A DNA stretch of 56,956 bases. Source: Minisyncoccia bacterium (GTDB taxonomy: Bacteria; Patescibacteriota; Minisyncoccia; Phycocordibacterales; GWA1-40-21). The position numbers were made by a program, and so were the translations under genes. The notes beneath the pieces are model-generated. The model had not been told where the DNA came from and did not search any database. It saw nothing but the letters and a program-made list of their open reading frames with translations. Numbering within the stretch: position 1 is the stretch's first letter; each line of letters starts with the position of its first letter. Positions 42,555-52,592 of the stretch are shown one piece after another. The stretch is from the NCBI GenBank assembly GCA_049287185.1, contig JBAQFI010000014.1, positions 1 to 56,956 on the forward strand, written 5' to 3'.

Positions 42555-42643
42555 TGTCATTGCGAGAGAAGCGAAGCAATCCAGACTTAAATCTTAGAGA
42601 CAGGAGTCTGGATTGCTTCGTCGTAAAACTCCTCGCAATGACG
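42555..42643. repeat. palindromic intergenic repeat, family A
   Basis: CTGTCATTGCGAGAGAAGCGAAGCAATCCAG ... CTGGATTGCTTCGTC...CCTCGCAATGACGG. Confidence 0.85.
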
Positions 42644-42728
42644 GGGTGTGAAGGGCCATACCCTATACCATTTCCTTATGCTGTTCTTTATGGTATATTG
42701 TCCTTAATTAATAATTTAATAAAAATAT

Positions 42729-43541
42729 ATGTTTTTTCAAAAAATGATGGAACACGTGCAAACTTGTAAGAGAACCACTATGATTGTAGTTTCAATTTTT
42801 GTGGTGTTGGTACTTATGATTATGGCTTTAGTAGTTATCAAAGATATTAAGGATCTTGGGACTAAAGATGTTAATTCAATTCAAAATACTATTACTGTCA
42901 GTGGTAAAGGTGAAATCATGGTAAAACCAGATATTGCTCTAATTTCATTTGGAGTGACTGAGGATGAAAAAACCGTTGTAGCCGCACAAGATTTAGCCAC
43001 CAAAAAAATGAATGAGGCTATTCAAATTTTGAAGGACAATGGCGTTCTAGAAAAAGATATCAAGACTACAAATTACAATATCTCACCACGTTACGAATAT
43101 GTCAGAGCTAGTCAATTTGATTACCCAACCATCTACCCATATGGCAAGCAGGTTCTTGCCGGATACACCGTTAGTCAAAACATTGAAGTTAAAATCCGTG
43201 ATTTAACCAAGGCTGGAGATTTGTTAACTCAGGTTGGTAAAGTTGGATTAGACAATGTCAGTGGTTTACAATTTATGGTTGATAATGAGGAAGTTATCAA
43301 GGTTCAAGCTCGTGATCAAGCTATTACTGATGCTAAAGCTAATGCTAAAAAATTGGCACAAGCTCTAGGTGTAAAAATTGGTGATCTAGTTAGTTTTAAT
43401 GAAAATGGTTATTACCCAATTTATGCCAGAATGGATTCAATAGCAGGAAAGGGAGGAATGGAATCATCTGTCACTCCAGAAATTCCAACTGGTGAAAATA
43501 CCATCACTAGTAATGTCACTTTAATTTACGAAATAAAATAA
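42729..43541 (+). CDS. SIMPL/DUF541-family periplasmic protein
   Basis: N-terminal anchor followed by a typical SIMPL pattern (ITVSGKGE..., NYNISPRYEY, QARDQAITDAKANAKKLA). Confidence 0.75.
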   Translation: MFFQKMMEHVQTCKRTTMIVVSIFVVLVLMIMALVVIKDIKDLGTKDVNSIQNTITVSGKGEIMVKPDIALISFGVTEDEKTVVAAQDLATKKMNEAIQILKDNGVLEKDIKTTNYNISPRYEYVRASQFDYPTIYPYGKQVLAGYTVSQNIEVKIRDLTKAGDLLTQVGKVGLDNVSGLQFMVDNEEVIKVQARDQAITDAKANAKKLAQALGVKIGDLVSFNENGYYPIYARMDSIAGKGGMESSVTPEIPTGENTITSNVTLIYEIK

Positions 43542-43586
43542 CCCCGTTGTAGAATCCCGAAGCAAATAGAAGCAGTCAGAACTCTT

Positions 43587-43657
43587 ATAGTTTGACTTTG
43601 CTCGGACGTGATGTAAGAGAGTACTCTTCCATCCGCTCCTCGCTAGTCAAAATAAAT
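43587..43657. repeat. 70 nt repeat, copy 2 of the inverted pair
   Basis: Matches the reverse complement of 29964-30033 with one mismatch. Confidence 0.9.
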
Positions 43658-43764
43658 AAGAATTTATTGCAACGGGACAGGTTTGGCTTAAACGTGCCAA
43701 AATATATCCCGTAGTGAGCTTTGCTCTACTACAGGACTCACAACCGGGTAAGTTACTCTTTTTT

Positions 43765-43795
43765 CTGTCATTCCCGCGTAGGCGGGAATCCAGGA
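43765..43795. repeat. half copy of palindromic repeat family B
   Basis: CTGTCATTCCCGCGTAGGCGGGAATCCAGG with no matching right arm. Confidence 0.7.
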
Positions 43796-43800
43796 TTAAA

Positions 43801-43846
43801 CAAAACAAAAGGTCGGGCTGTTATAACAGCCCGACCTTTTGTTTTG
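43801..43846. terminator. long terminator-like hairpin
   Basis: CAAAACAAAAGGTCGGGCTGTT/AACAGCCCGACCTTTTGTTTTG. Confidence 0.6.
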
Positions 43847-43928
43847 CACATATTTTTCTTGTCTCTTCTGATTAAAAAATGTTATAATTTCCCCTAGTAA
43901 CTGATTTGCAAAAATTAGTTTTAATTTC

Positions 43929-46900
43929 ATGATAAAAGTTTCTAAAATCTACAAAAAATTCAGTACTTTCACTAGATTTCTAGCCTTTTCGTTTCTCCTA
44001 GGCTTGGTAGTTTCTGTCTCTGTTTTTTCAATTATTCCCATTTTCGCTTCTGCCCTCTCTAACCCTTACAATCCTGGAGAAACTCTGGATCCAGATTGTC
44101 TACCTGGAGACTTAAATTGTACAGTAGCCACCCTTTGGTCTAACTCAGGTTCAGATGTTGTCTTTGGTCAGACTGGTAATATTGGTATCGGCACTTCAAG
44201 CCCAGCTTACAAACTCACTACTATCGGTGATAGTTATTTTGCCGGTAATCTAATAGCTACTGGTACTTTGTCATCTTTAAACTTTACTGGTACCTCAACA
44301 GGAACAAATACTGGTGATCAAGACTTGAGCGGTCTTTTGCCATATGCTTATGCTTCTTCCACCTACCTTTCCATTTCCAATGCTTCCTCCACCTATTTAC
44401 CACTCTCGGCTTCTACTTCTTTGAACTATATTTCTGTTGAATCTGATCCTGTTTTTATGGCGGCTTCTTCTTCTTTCTACCGCGCTTCCAATCCCGCTGG
44501 TTACATTTCTTCTTTCTCCGAATCTGATCCACTCTTTATGGCTGCCTCAACTTCTCTCCCATATCTTTCTTCTTTTGTGGAGTCTGATCCCTTATGGAAC
44601 GCGGCTTCTTCTTCTTACCTCACCACCGCTTCCGCTTCTTCCACTTACTATCGCTCATCAAATCCCGCTGGTTACATTTCTTCTTTCTCCGAACTCGATC
44701 CTGTCTTTACCGCTAGCTCCTGGTCCACCACTACCAACAACTCTACTAACTGGAACACTGCTTACAGCACTATCGCCGCTTCTTCTACCTACTGGGACAC
44801 AGCTTACTCTTGGAGTAATCATGCTAACGCTGGTTATTTAACTTCTGCTCTAGCGAGCTCAACCTATCTTTCTACTTCTACAGCTTCTTCAGCTTATGCC
44901 AAATTAATTTCCCCATTATTTACTACTCCATCACTTGGCGTGGCTTCAGCAACTAGTATAAATAATTTAGTTTTAAGTACAGGTGCCGGAAATAAATATG
45001 GAAGTATAGCTCTCGGCGCATCAAATCTTGGTGTTATTACCACCGGAAGTTCCAATATTGGTTTAGGTGGAGATGTTCTCACATCAGTTACTTCCGGTTC
45101 ATACAATATAGGTATTGGATCATCAAATTTACCTGTTCTTACAACTGGTTCGAATAATATAGCTCTAGGAACATTTTCCGGCAGAGTCAATGTTTCCGGT
45201 GGTGACAATATCTCTATCGGCCGTAACAGTTTATATAATTTATATACCGGTTCATATAATGTTGCTGTTGGACAGTCAGCTATGTATGGAAACACTAGTA
45301 GTGGGTTTAACACTGCCGTAGGTGCTCAAACTTTAGTTGGTGCGGAAATAGGAACTGGTAACGTTGCCCTGGGATATGGTGCTGGTTATGACGAGACAGG
45401 CTCGAACAATTTTTATGTAGATAACCAGGTAAGAGGGAGTCTGGGATTAGGTAAGGCTGGTTCATTACTTTATGGAACATTCAATGCCACTCCAGCCAAC
45501 CAAACCCTGAAAGCCAACGCTACTTTTTCCGCTTTAAACTTCACTGGTACCTCCACGGGGAATAATACCGGCGATGTTACACTCGCCGGCGCCACCACTG
45601 TAAACGGTCTCACCATTTCCAACCAAGCTCTTACTCTTGGTCTTGCCGGTGCCTCCGCTACCGGTACACTTTCGGCGACCGACTGGAATACTTTTAATAA
45701 TAAATTAAATTCCACTTCTGCAGATTTAACTTATCTCTCTATTGCTTCTGCCCAAACCAATTATCTTTCTACATCTTCCGCTGCTTCAACTTATGCTCCA
45801 CTTTCAAATGTCTTAGCTTTAAACAATGTCACTTCTTTTACACCATCCGCCAATTATCATCCAGCCACAAAAAAATATGTTGATGATTTGTTTGCTACCT
45901 TAGGCAGTTCTGGCACCAGTTCTTCTGGTGGATTATCTTTAGAAACTATCACCGCTTCTGGTACAGCTGCTGTTGGAAAACTTTATACCAATGCCAGTAG
46001 TTCTGTTGATTATACAATGACCTTACCGGCTGGAAGTGCCGATGGAAGTACGATTGGATTTATGAATATTGTTGGAGTTAATACTAAAGCGACCGGAGGA
46101 ACAATTACCTCTGAAGGCAATTATATAATTCACACCTTTACGGCGGGTGGCACATTCACAGCTCTTGAAGATATATCTGGTGCCGAAGTATTAATTGTAG
46201 CTGGAGGTGGTGGTGGTGGTGGAGGAAGTTTGTCTATGGATTCCGGTGGCGGTGGTGGTGCGGGTGGTCTTATTTATAGTGCATCATCCACAATAACCTC
46301 AGGTGCAAAAACGGTTGTTATTGGTGGCGGTGGAAACGGAGGAACTGGCCGATCAGGAACAGCTTCTAATGGCGAAAATTCTACTTTTAACGGACTAAGT
46401 GCAATTGGTGGTGGTGGTGGTGGAAATTGGGCAAATAATGGAGCTGCTGGTGGTTCTGGTGGTGGTTCATCCGGTGCTTCTGGTTCTTCTTATTCTGGTG
46501 GTGCCGGAACATCTGGTCAAGGAAATGCTGGTGGTAATAATACTAGCTCACCTAATTATGGTGGACCGGGTGGCGGTGGCGCTGGGGAAGCTGGACATAA
46601 TGGTACAACTATAGCTAATGGAAATGGTGGTGATGGTTTGGCATACTCAATTTCTGGAACTTCTACTTATTATGCTGGTGGTGGAGGACACGGAGCTGGT
46701 TATTTAACCCCAAGTAGTGGTGGTCTTGGAGGAGGTGGTCTTGGGGGAGGCGAAACTGGTAGTGCCGGTACTGCTAACACTGGTGGTGGTGGAGGAGGTG
46801 GAAGTTCAGCTTCCGGAGCTTCAACTGGCGGTGCCGGAGGAAGTGGAATTGTGATTGTAAGATATTTGTCAGGAGGTAATAATAGTAGAATTACTGTCAC

Positions 46901-49900
46901 CCCCGCTTCTGGTGAACAAATTTATGGATATGCTGTTGACGAATCTGTCACTCTCTCCACCGAAGGCTCCAAACTCTCCCTCATAAAAAACAACGGCAAA
47001 TGGTACGACGCCGCCTTTGGTATTGGTGGCGGTGGAACTCTTTCCATTCCATCACTGACTGGCAATGTTGGAAAATATTTAACTATTGATGCTAGTAGTA
47101 CTTTATCTTGGGGTACCGTTTCGGGAACTTCCGGAACTTCTAGTGGTTTAACTTTAACAACGATTACTGCATCAGGCACAGCTGCGGTGGGGAATTTGTA
47201 TACTAACGCCAGTAGTACTGTTGATTACACCATGACCTTACCGGCTGGAAGTGCCGATGGTAGTACGATTGCTTTTTTAAACATAGTCGGCTCAGGTGAA
47301 TGTGCTGGAGGAACTAAAACCTATGATGGAAACTATGTTATACACACTTTTAATTCTTCGGGAACATTAAGTTGTCTGAATACTATAACCGCCGAGGTTC
47401 TAGTTGTTGGTGGTGGTGGAGCCAGCGGAACCCATCAGAGTGGTGACGGCGGAGCTAGCGGTGGTGGTGGAGGAGGTATACAGTATGATGCATCATTTTC
47501 TATAGCTAGTGATACTTACACAGTTACAGTTGGTAATGGTGGTATTGTAAATCCATCAAGGGGTCCAGGAGGTAGTGGAAGCAGCTCATCATTTTCGACT
47601 TTTACATCTGGCGGCGGTGGAGGCGGAAGTGTTTATAATAACAATGCTGGTGGGGGAACGTCCGGTTCACCTCAGTCTAATGCCGGGGGGCCTATCTCAG
47701 GTGGTGATTGGGGCGGTGGCGGAGGAGGTGCTGGAGGCGTTGGTCTAGTTGGAAATAGCTATAGTTCAGATACTCGTGGTGGACCAGGATTATCATATTC
47801 TATAAGCGGTACATCAACTACCTACGCGAAAGGTGGAACTACATCAGCTACAGCTAATAGGCCAGGAACTGCAAACACAGGAAACGGCGGTGAATCTATG
47901 TATGGTAATCATCCTGGCCAAGCTGGTGCAACGGGCGTAGTAATTGTCAAATACTTAAGAGAAAATTCTAGCGTAATTACCGTTACTCCAGCAGCTAATG
48001 AAGCAATTTACCCATATGATAATGGTGAATCTGTCAGTATTGGTTCTCAGGGTGGAAAACTCTCTCTCATAAAAAACAATGGCAAATGGTACGACGCCGC
48101 CTTCGGTATTGGTGGAGGTTCCACTGCTTCAACTACTATCACCTCGGCCACCACTTTCGCTATCGGTACCACTACATCACTCGCTACTCTCACTGTCTCT
48201 GGTAATACCTATATATCAGACGTTCTCACCGTCGCTTCTACTACAGGTGTTTCTAGTATTCTCGGAAAACTCTCCATTGGTACTTCAACTTCACTAGCTA
48301 CTCTTACTGTCGCAGGTGATCTATCTCTGTCCGGTAAAATCTTTGATACCAATTATTCCGCTGGTACGGCTGGCATGATTTTACAATCCACTGGTACTAG
48401 TACTCGTTGGGTCTCCACCTCATCACTTGGCATCTCTGGCGGTTCTAGTGTTCCGGAGCTTGTCACTATTACTTCTGGTACTACCACCATTGACTCAACA
48501 TACAATGGGAAATTGATTACGAATGCTGGAGCGACGGAAGATATCATATTAGAATTACCAAGTCGAGCGAGTGTTGGAAATAATTTTGAAATTGGAATAA
48601 TAAATGAGGCTGGAGTTACAATTGATGGTGGTACTGCCACCACCAGTGGAGCCGACACAATTCATACTTTTACTTCTGGCGGAACTTTTACAACTACAGT
48701 ACCATTAACAGCGGAAGTTTTAGTGGTTGGCGGTGGAGGTGCAACAGCTAGAGGTCAGTGTGGAGACGGAGTGCAAGGTGGTGGTGGTGGAGGAGGTGTT
48801 CAATATTCATCTGATTTTTCTATACCAGCTGGAACATATACTGTAACTGTTGGATCTGGTGGACCGAATCGAGATGATAGAGGTCAAGGACTTCCTGGCT
48901 CAGCGTCTACTTTTAGTACCTTAACTGCCGGCGGTGGCCTTGGTGGAAATCTTTGGAATGTTGGACCTGGTGGAAATTCTGGAACACCACAGTCTAACGC
49001 CGGTGCTTGGTTAGGGGGTGATTATTCTGGTGGTGGCGGTGGAGCTGGTGGAGCCGCCTCCGGAGTTACTGGGGGAATAGGTTTATCTTATTCAACCGGT
49101 GGAGCAACTTCAACATATGCAGTAGGAGGTACTATAGGTGGTCCTAATACTAATGGGGAACCAAATACTGGTAACGGTGGCGGTGGAGCTAGTACCTGTA
49201 CCAATCAAGCTTCCGGTGGTTCTGGAATTGTAATTATTAGACATCCAACCTATAGTACTGGTATTACTTTGGTTCCAGCTTCTGGAGATCAATTACCCGG
49301 AACTGCAGTAGAAGATACTCCAATAAAATCAACTTCAAGAAATAATTATATTAAATTGCGCACCACTGATACTGGTTGGATTGCCGAGTCAGCTTATTCA
49401 ACCGCCTCTCAATGGGCAGAATTAACATACAACCCCTCCTCCCGCTCAGTCAAAGAAAACTTTGCTGAGCTCGACAAACAAGATATTTTAAACAAAATTG
49501 CTAAATTAGACATGACAGAGTGGAACTACATTGCTCAAGACGATGGTATCAAACACATTGGTCCAATTGCCGAAGACTTCTACACTCTCTTCGGTCTCGG
49601 AGGCACAGATAAAGCGATCTCCACTATTGATCCAGCTGGTATTGCTCTCGTTGGTATCCAAGCTATGAGCAAAAACCTTCAATATATATTTGGTACAACC
49701 TCTATTGAAACTCTAGCCAACTCCACTACCACTTTAGAAACCTACACTGTCACCGATTTATTTACCGGTATGGTGAAGTCGGCACTTCAGAAACTTTCTT
49801 CAACCTTTATTGATACCATATTGTCAGTGAAGGGAATGGTGATTGGTTCCGCTTCTCAACCAAGTGGTCTCACTATTTATGACCAAACCACCAAGGAACC

Positions 49901-50399
49901 TTACTGTCTGAAAATGAATAATGGTGCAATGGTCACCATCCCAGGTATCTGTTCCGATTCCAGTCAAGGACAGTCCTTAACGGATGAAGAAACCACTGAC
50001 CCTGGTCCAGGCCCGGCCTCGACCGAGGAAGTCACCATTTCAACCGAGACTTCAACCACGACCGAAGAAACGGCTACCTCGACTGAGGATACTACCACCT
50101 CAACCGAAACCGCCACCACCACTGAACCAGTAGCCGAAGACACCGCTACCACCACTCCACCAACTCCTGAATCAGAAACTACCCCAGCCACTTCCGAAAC
50201 CCCACCAGTCGAACCAGAACCAATAGTAGAACCAACGCCCGAGCCGACCCCGACCGAATCTGTAGTGGAACCTGCTCTCGAACCGGTCGTAGAAGAACCA
50301 GCTGTTGAAGAACCTCCAGTCGAAACACCTCCCGCTGAGGAAACTCCTGCTCCCGAACCTACACCAGAACCACCGCCAGCCGAGACTCCAGTAATTTAA
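43929..50399 (+). CDS. giant (2156 aa) secreted or anchored surface protein
   Basis: N-terminal hydrophobic anchor. ESDP(V/L)F and SSTYL repeats, and YadA-head-like NIALG/NVAVG repeats. Three modules end GIVIVRY, GVVIVKY and GIVIIRH. An S74-like segment reads SSRSVKENF...HIGPIAEDF. The C-terminal tail is rich in P, T and E. Confidence 0.85.
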   Translation: MIKVSKIYKKFSTFTRFLAFSFLLGLVVSVSVFSIIPIFASALSNPYNPGETLDPDCLPGDLNCTVATLWSNSGSDVVFGQTGNIGIGTSSPAYKLTTIGDSYFAGNLIATGTLSSLNFTGTSTGTNTGDQDLSGLLPYAYASSTYLSISNASSTYLPLSASTSLNYISVESDPVFMAASSSFYRASNPAGYISSFSESDPLFMAASTSLPYLSSFVESDPLWNAASSSYLTTASASSTYYRSSNPAGYISSFSELDPVFTASSWSTTTNNSTNWNTAYSTIAASSTYWDTAYSWSNHANAGYLTSALASSTYLSTSTASSAYAKLISPLFTTPSLGVASATSINNLVLSTGAGNKYGSIALGASNLGVITTGSSNIGLGGDVLTSVTSGSYNIGIGSSNLPVLTTGSNNIALGTFSGRVNVSGGDNISIGRNSLYNLYTGSYNVAVGQSAMYGNTSSGFNTAVGAQTLVGAEIGTGNVALGYGAGYDETGSNNFYVDNQVRGSLGLGKAGSLLYGTFNATPANQTLKANATFSALNFTGTSTGNNTGDVTLAGATTVNGLTISNQALTLGLAGASATGTLSATDWNTFNNKLNSTSADLTYLSIASAQTNYLSTSSAASTYAPLSNVLALNNVTSFTPSANYHPATKKYVDDLFATLGSSGTSSSGGLSLETITASGTAAVGKLYTNASSSVDYTMTLPAGSADGSTIGFMNIVGVNTKATGGTITSEGNYIIHTFTAGGTFTALEDISGAEVLIVAGGGGGGGGSLSMDSGGGGGAGGLIYSASSTITSGAKTVVIGGGGNGGTGRSGTASNGENSTFNGLSAIGGGGGGNWANNGAAGGSGGGSSGASGSSYSGGAGTSGQGNAGGNNTSSPNYGGPGGGGAGEAGHNGTTIANGNGGDGLAYSISGTSTYYAGGGGHGAGYLTPSSGGLGGGGLGGGETGSAGTANTGGGGGGGSSASGASTGGAGGSGIVIVRYLSGGNNSRITVTPASGEQIYGYAVDESVTLSTEGSKLSLIKNNGKWYDAAFGIGGGGTLSIPSLTGNVGKYLTIDASSTLSWGTVSGTSGTSSGLTLTTITASGTAAVGNLYTNASSTVDYTMTLPAGSADGSTIAFLNIVGSGECAGGTKTYDGNYVIHTFNSSGTLSCLNTITAEVLVVGGGGASGTHQSGDGGASGGGGGGIQYDASFSIASDTYTVTVGNGGIVNPSRGPGGSGSSSSFSTFTSGGGGGGSVYNNNAGGGTSGSPQSNAGGPISGGDWGGGGGGAGGVGLVGNSYSSDTRGGPGLSYSISGTSTTYAKGGTTSATANRPGTANTGNGGESMYGNHPGQAGATGVVIVKYLRENSSVITVTPAANEAIYPYDNGESVSIGSQGGKLSLIKNNGKWYDAAFGIGGGSTASTTITSATTFAIGTTTSLATLTVSGNTYISDVLTVASTTGVSSILGKLSIGTSTSLATLTVAGDLSLSGKIFDTNYSAGTAGMILQSTGTSTRWVSTSSLGISGGSSVPELVTITSGTTTIDSTYNGKLITNAGATEDIILELPSRASVGNNFEIGIINEAGVTIDGGTATTSGADTIHTFTSGGTFTTTVPLTAEVLVVGGGGATARGQCGDGVQGGGGGGGVQYSSDFSIPAGTYTVTVGSGGPNRDDRGQGLPGSASTFSTLTAGGGLGGNLWNVGPGGNSGTPQSNAGAWLGGDYSGGGGGAGGAASGVTGGIGLSYSTGGATSTYAVGGTIGGPNTNGEPNTGNGGGGASTCTNQASGGSGIVIIRHPTYSTGITLVPASGDQLPGTAVEDTPIKSTSRNNYIKLRTTDTGWIAESAYSTASQWAELTYNPSSRSVKENFAELDKQDILNKIAKLDMTEWNYIAQDDGIKHIGPIAEDFYTLFGLGGTDKAISTIDPAGIALVGIQAMSKNLQYIFGTTSIETLANSTTTLETYTVTDLFTGMVKSALQKLSSTFIDTILSVKGMVIGSASQPSGLTIYDQTTKEPYCLKMNNGAMVTIPGICSDSSQGQSLTDEETTDPGPGPASTEEVTISTETSTTTEETATSTEDTTTSTETATTTEPVAEDTATTTPPTPESETTPATSETPPVEPEPIVEPTPEPTPTESVVEPALEPVVEEPAVEEPPVETPPAEETPAPEPTPEPPPAETPVI

Positions 50400-50433
50400 T
50401 TTAAAAACCAATCCGCCAGATTGGTTTTTCTTT

Positions 50434-50488
50434 TCTGTCATTCTCGCCGGAGTTTATCCTCGACCTGATCGGGGATGGGAATGACAGA
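50434..50488. repeat. short diverged palindromic repeat related to family B
   Basis: CTGTCATTCTCGCC...GGGGATGGGAATGACAG. Confidence 0.6.
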
Positions 50489-50537
50489 ATAAAAAAGGAA
50501 GCTAGTTTCATAATTTAATATTTGCTATGATATAAAA

Positions 50538-52313
50538 ATGACAAATATGAAGAAACAACTAGAAAAAAGTATTTCACAAGCACTAAAAAAACTTAGTGTA
50601 GCACATAGTGTTTTTTCTCTTGAGCATCCTGATGACCTAAACCATGGTGACTATTCAACCAATGTAGCTCTAGTCTATTCTAAAGATTTAAAGACCTCAC
50701 CACGACAATCAGCTGAAAAAATTCTCGTAGAACTCCAAAAAACTAAAATTCCTAATGTCTCAAAAATTGAAATTGCTGGCCCAGGTTTTATCAATTTCTT
50801 TTTAATGCCTGATTTTTTTACCAAAGAAATAAATAAAATTGCTAAAATTGGAAAAAACTACGGTGCTAACAAAAGCCGAGCAGGGGAGAAGATAATGATT
50901 GAATATACTGATCCGAATGCTTTTAAACAGTTTCATATTGGGCACTTAATGGCTAACTCAGTTGGGGAAACTATTTCTCGTTTGTTAGATTTTTCTGGCG
51001 CTAAAGTTATTCGTGCTTGTTATTCTGGGGACATCGGTCTCCATGTAGCTAAAGCCATCTGGGGTTATCAAAATCTAGATAAAAAAATAGTAAACAAAGA
51101 AACAAAAGCACGTATTTATGAAGAAGATAAAGAAATTCTCACACACGACGATGAATTAAAATTCTGGGGACTAGCCTATGCCTTTGGTTCTTCGGAATAT
51201 GACGGTAACGAAACAGCCAAGTCAGAAATTGACGAATTAAATAGAAAACTATATTCCAAACCAGAAGGAGAGATTAAAAGACTCTATGATCAAGGTCGGG
51301 AAATAAGTTACAGACATCTCAATGAAATATACACTTTACTCGGCACAAAATTCAATATTTTTTTCTTTGAGTCGGAAGTTCAGGGAAGAGGTTTGTTTTT
51401 AGTAAATAATAATTTGGAGGATGGTATCTTTGAAAAGAGTGACGGAGCTATTGTTTTTCGAGGTGAAAATTATGGCTTACACACTCGAGTTTTTGTCAAT
51501 AAATTGGGTTTACCGACTTATGAAGCTAAAGAGCTGGCTCTAAATATTAAAAAATTTGAATTAGAAAAAGATTTAAAGCAGTCTATTATCGTGACCGCTC
51601 ATGAACAATCGGATTATTTTAAAGTAGTTTTGAAAGCTTTGTCTCTCATAAACCCAAATGTTGCTGAAAAGACTAAACATGTTGCTCACGGTATGTTGCG
51701 TTTTTCTACTGGTAAAATGTCTTCTCGAAAAGGAAATATCGTAACCGGTGAATCCATGATTGAGGACGTCGAGGCTTTGGTAACTCAAAAAATAAAAGAT
51801 CGAGAATTGAATGAAAAGGAGAAAAAAGAAATTACTGAGAAGGTAGCCGTGGGAGCCATCCGCTACTCCATTCTAAAACAACAAGCTGGTAGCGATATTA
51901 TTTTTGATTTTGATAAATCTATCTCTTTTGAAGGTGATTCTGGTCCATATCTGCAGTACACCACTGTCCGAGCTAAATCTATTTTACAAAAAGCTAAACA
52001 AGAAGGTCTAAAATTTGGTCTGTCTGCTAAGATTCTGGGAGTAAAAAATACCGAGGAAACCTGTAAACTAGAAAAAATGTTATATCGTTTCCCTGAAGTC
52101 GTTGAACGCTCACAGAAAGAATATTCATCACACTATTTAGCAACATTTCTCACCGAAATCGCTTCGGAATTTAATTCTTATTACGCGAACCACAAGATTG
52201 TGGAAAAAGGGGAGAAGAAGAGTTTATATCGTTTACAGTTAACCAGGTCTGTCTCTATTGTTTTAGAAAATGGTCTTAATTTGTTGGGAATTGAAGTACC
52301 GGTGAAGATGTAA
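50538..52313 (+). CDS. argS: arginine--tRNA ligase
   Basis: Class I HIGH-like FHIGHLM, anticodon-binding DALR-type C-terminus, overall ArgS layout. Confidence 0.9.
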   Translation: MTNMKKQLEKSISQALKKLSVAHSVFSLEHPDDLNHGDYSTNVALVYSKDLKTSPRQSAEKILVELQKTKIPNVSKIEIAGPGFINFFLMPDFFTKEINKIAKIGKNYGANKSRAGEKIMIEYTDPNAFKQFHIGHLMANSVGETISRLLDFSGAKVIRACYSGDIGLHVAKAIWGYQNLDKKIVNKETKARIYEEDKEILTHDDELKFWGLAYAFGSSEYDGNETAKSEIDELNRKLYSKPEGEIKRLYDQGREISYRHLNEIYTLLGTKFNIFFFESEVQGRGLFLVNNNLEDGIFEKSDGAIVFRGENYGLHTRVFVNKLGLPTYEAKELALNIKKFELEKDLKQSIIVTAHEQSDYFKVVLKALSLINPNVAEKTKHVAHGMLRFSTGKMSSRKGNIVTGESMIEDVEALVTQKIKDRELNEKEKKEITEKVAVGAIRYSILKQQAGSDIIFDFDKSISFEGDSGPYLQYTTVRAKSILQKAKQEGLKFGLSAKILGVKNTEETCKLEKMLYRFPEVVERSQKEYSSHYLATFLTEIASEFNSYYANHKIVEKGEKKSLYRLQLTRSVSIVLENGLNLLGIEVPVKM

Positions 52314-52367
52314 GTCTAAAGATAAGTATATGGTATCTGGTATACAGTATTTAGTATAAAGAACAAC

Positions 52368-52406
52368 AAACAGCTAGGTTTCGCCTTGAGAAACCTAGCT
52401 GTTTTC
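52368..52406 (+). terminator. intrinsic terminator after argS
   Basis: AAACAGCTAGGTTTC/GAAACCTAGCTGTTT followed by a T-rich run. Confidence 0.7.
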
Positions 52407-52507
52407 TTGCTATCTATAGATATATCAGAACAAGGTTAAACCTTGTTCTGACATGCGAAGGGTAGTCCTTCACGAAGCTATATTCTGACCCATAATGTAA
52501 TAACACA

Positions 52508-52536
52508 TTGACAAATATGCCTTTTGGGTGTATAAT
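52508..52536 (+). promoter_or_regulatory. near-consensus sigma70 promoter
   Basis: TTGACA (52508-52513), 17 nt spacer, TATAAT (52531-52536) with TG at -14/-15. Confidence 0.6.
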
Positions 52537-52592
52537 TTTATGAGAGTTTGAAACTTTAAAACGGCAAAAACCTAAAAAAAGGAAAAAATGCC

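Noticed and set aside
44437-48658. Multiple 60-140 aa ORFs in other frames and on the opposite strand inside the giant gene (for example 44437-44841, 44894-45313, 46399-46614, 46700-46900 and 48353-48658).
   Set aside because: They are low-complexity Pro/Leu/Val-rich translations of the Gly/Ser/Thr codon repeats of the main frame. They are nested in a continuous 6.5 kb ORF with coherent domain structure.
43929-50399. Tail-fibre-like giant gene as evidence of a prophage.
   Set aside because: The flanking genes are housekeeping (SIMPL protein and ArgS). No capsid, portal, terminase, baseplate or lysis genes are present and there are no att-like boundaries. It is more likely a cellular adhesin or fibre that uses phage-like domains.
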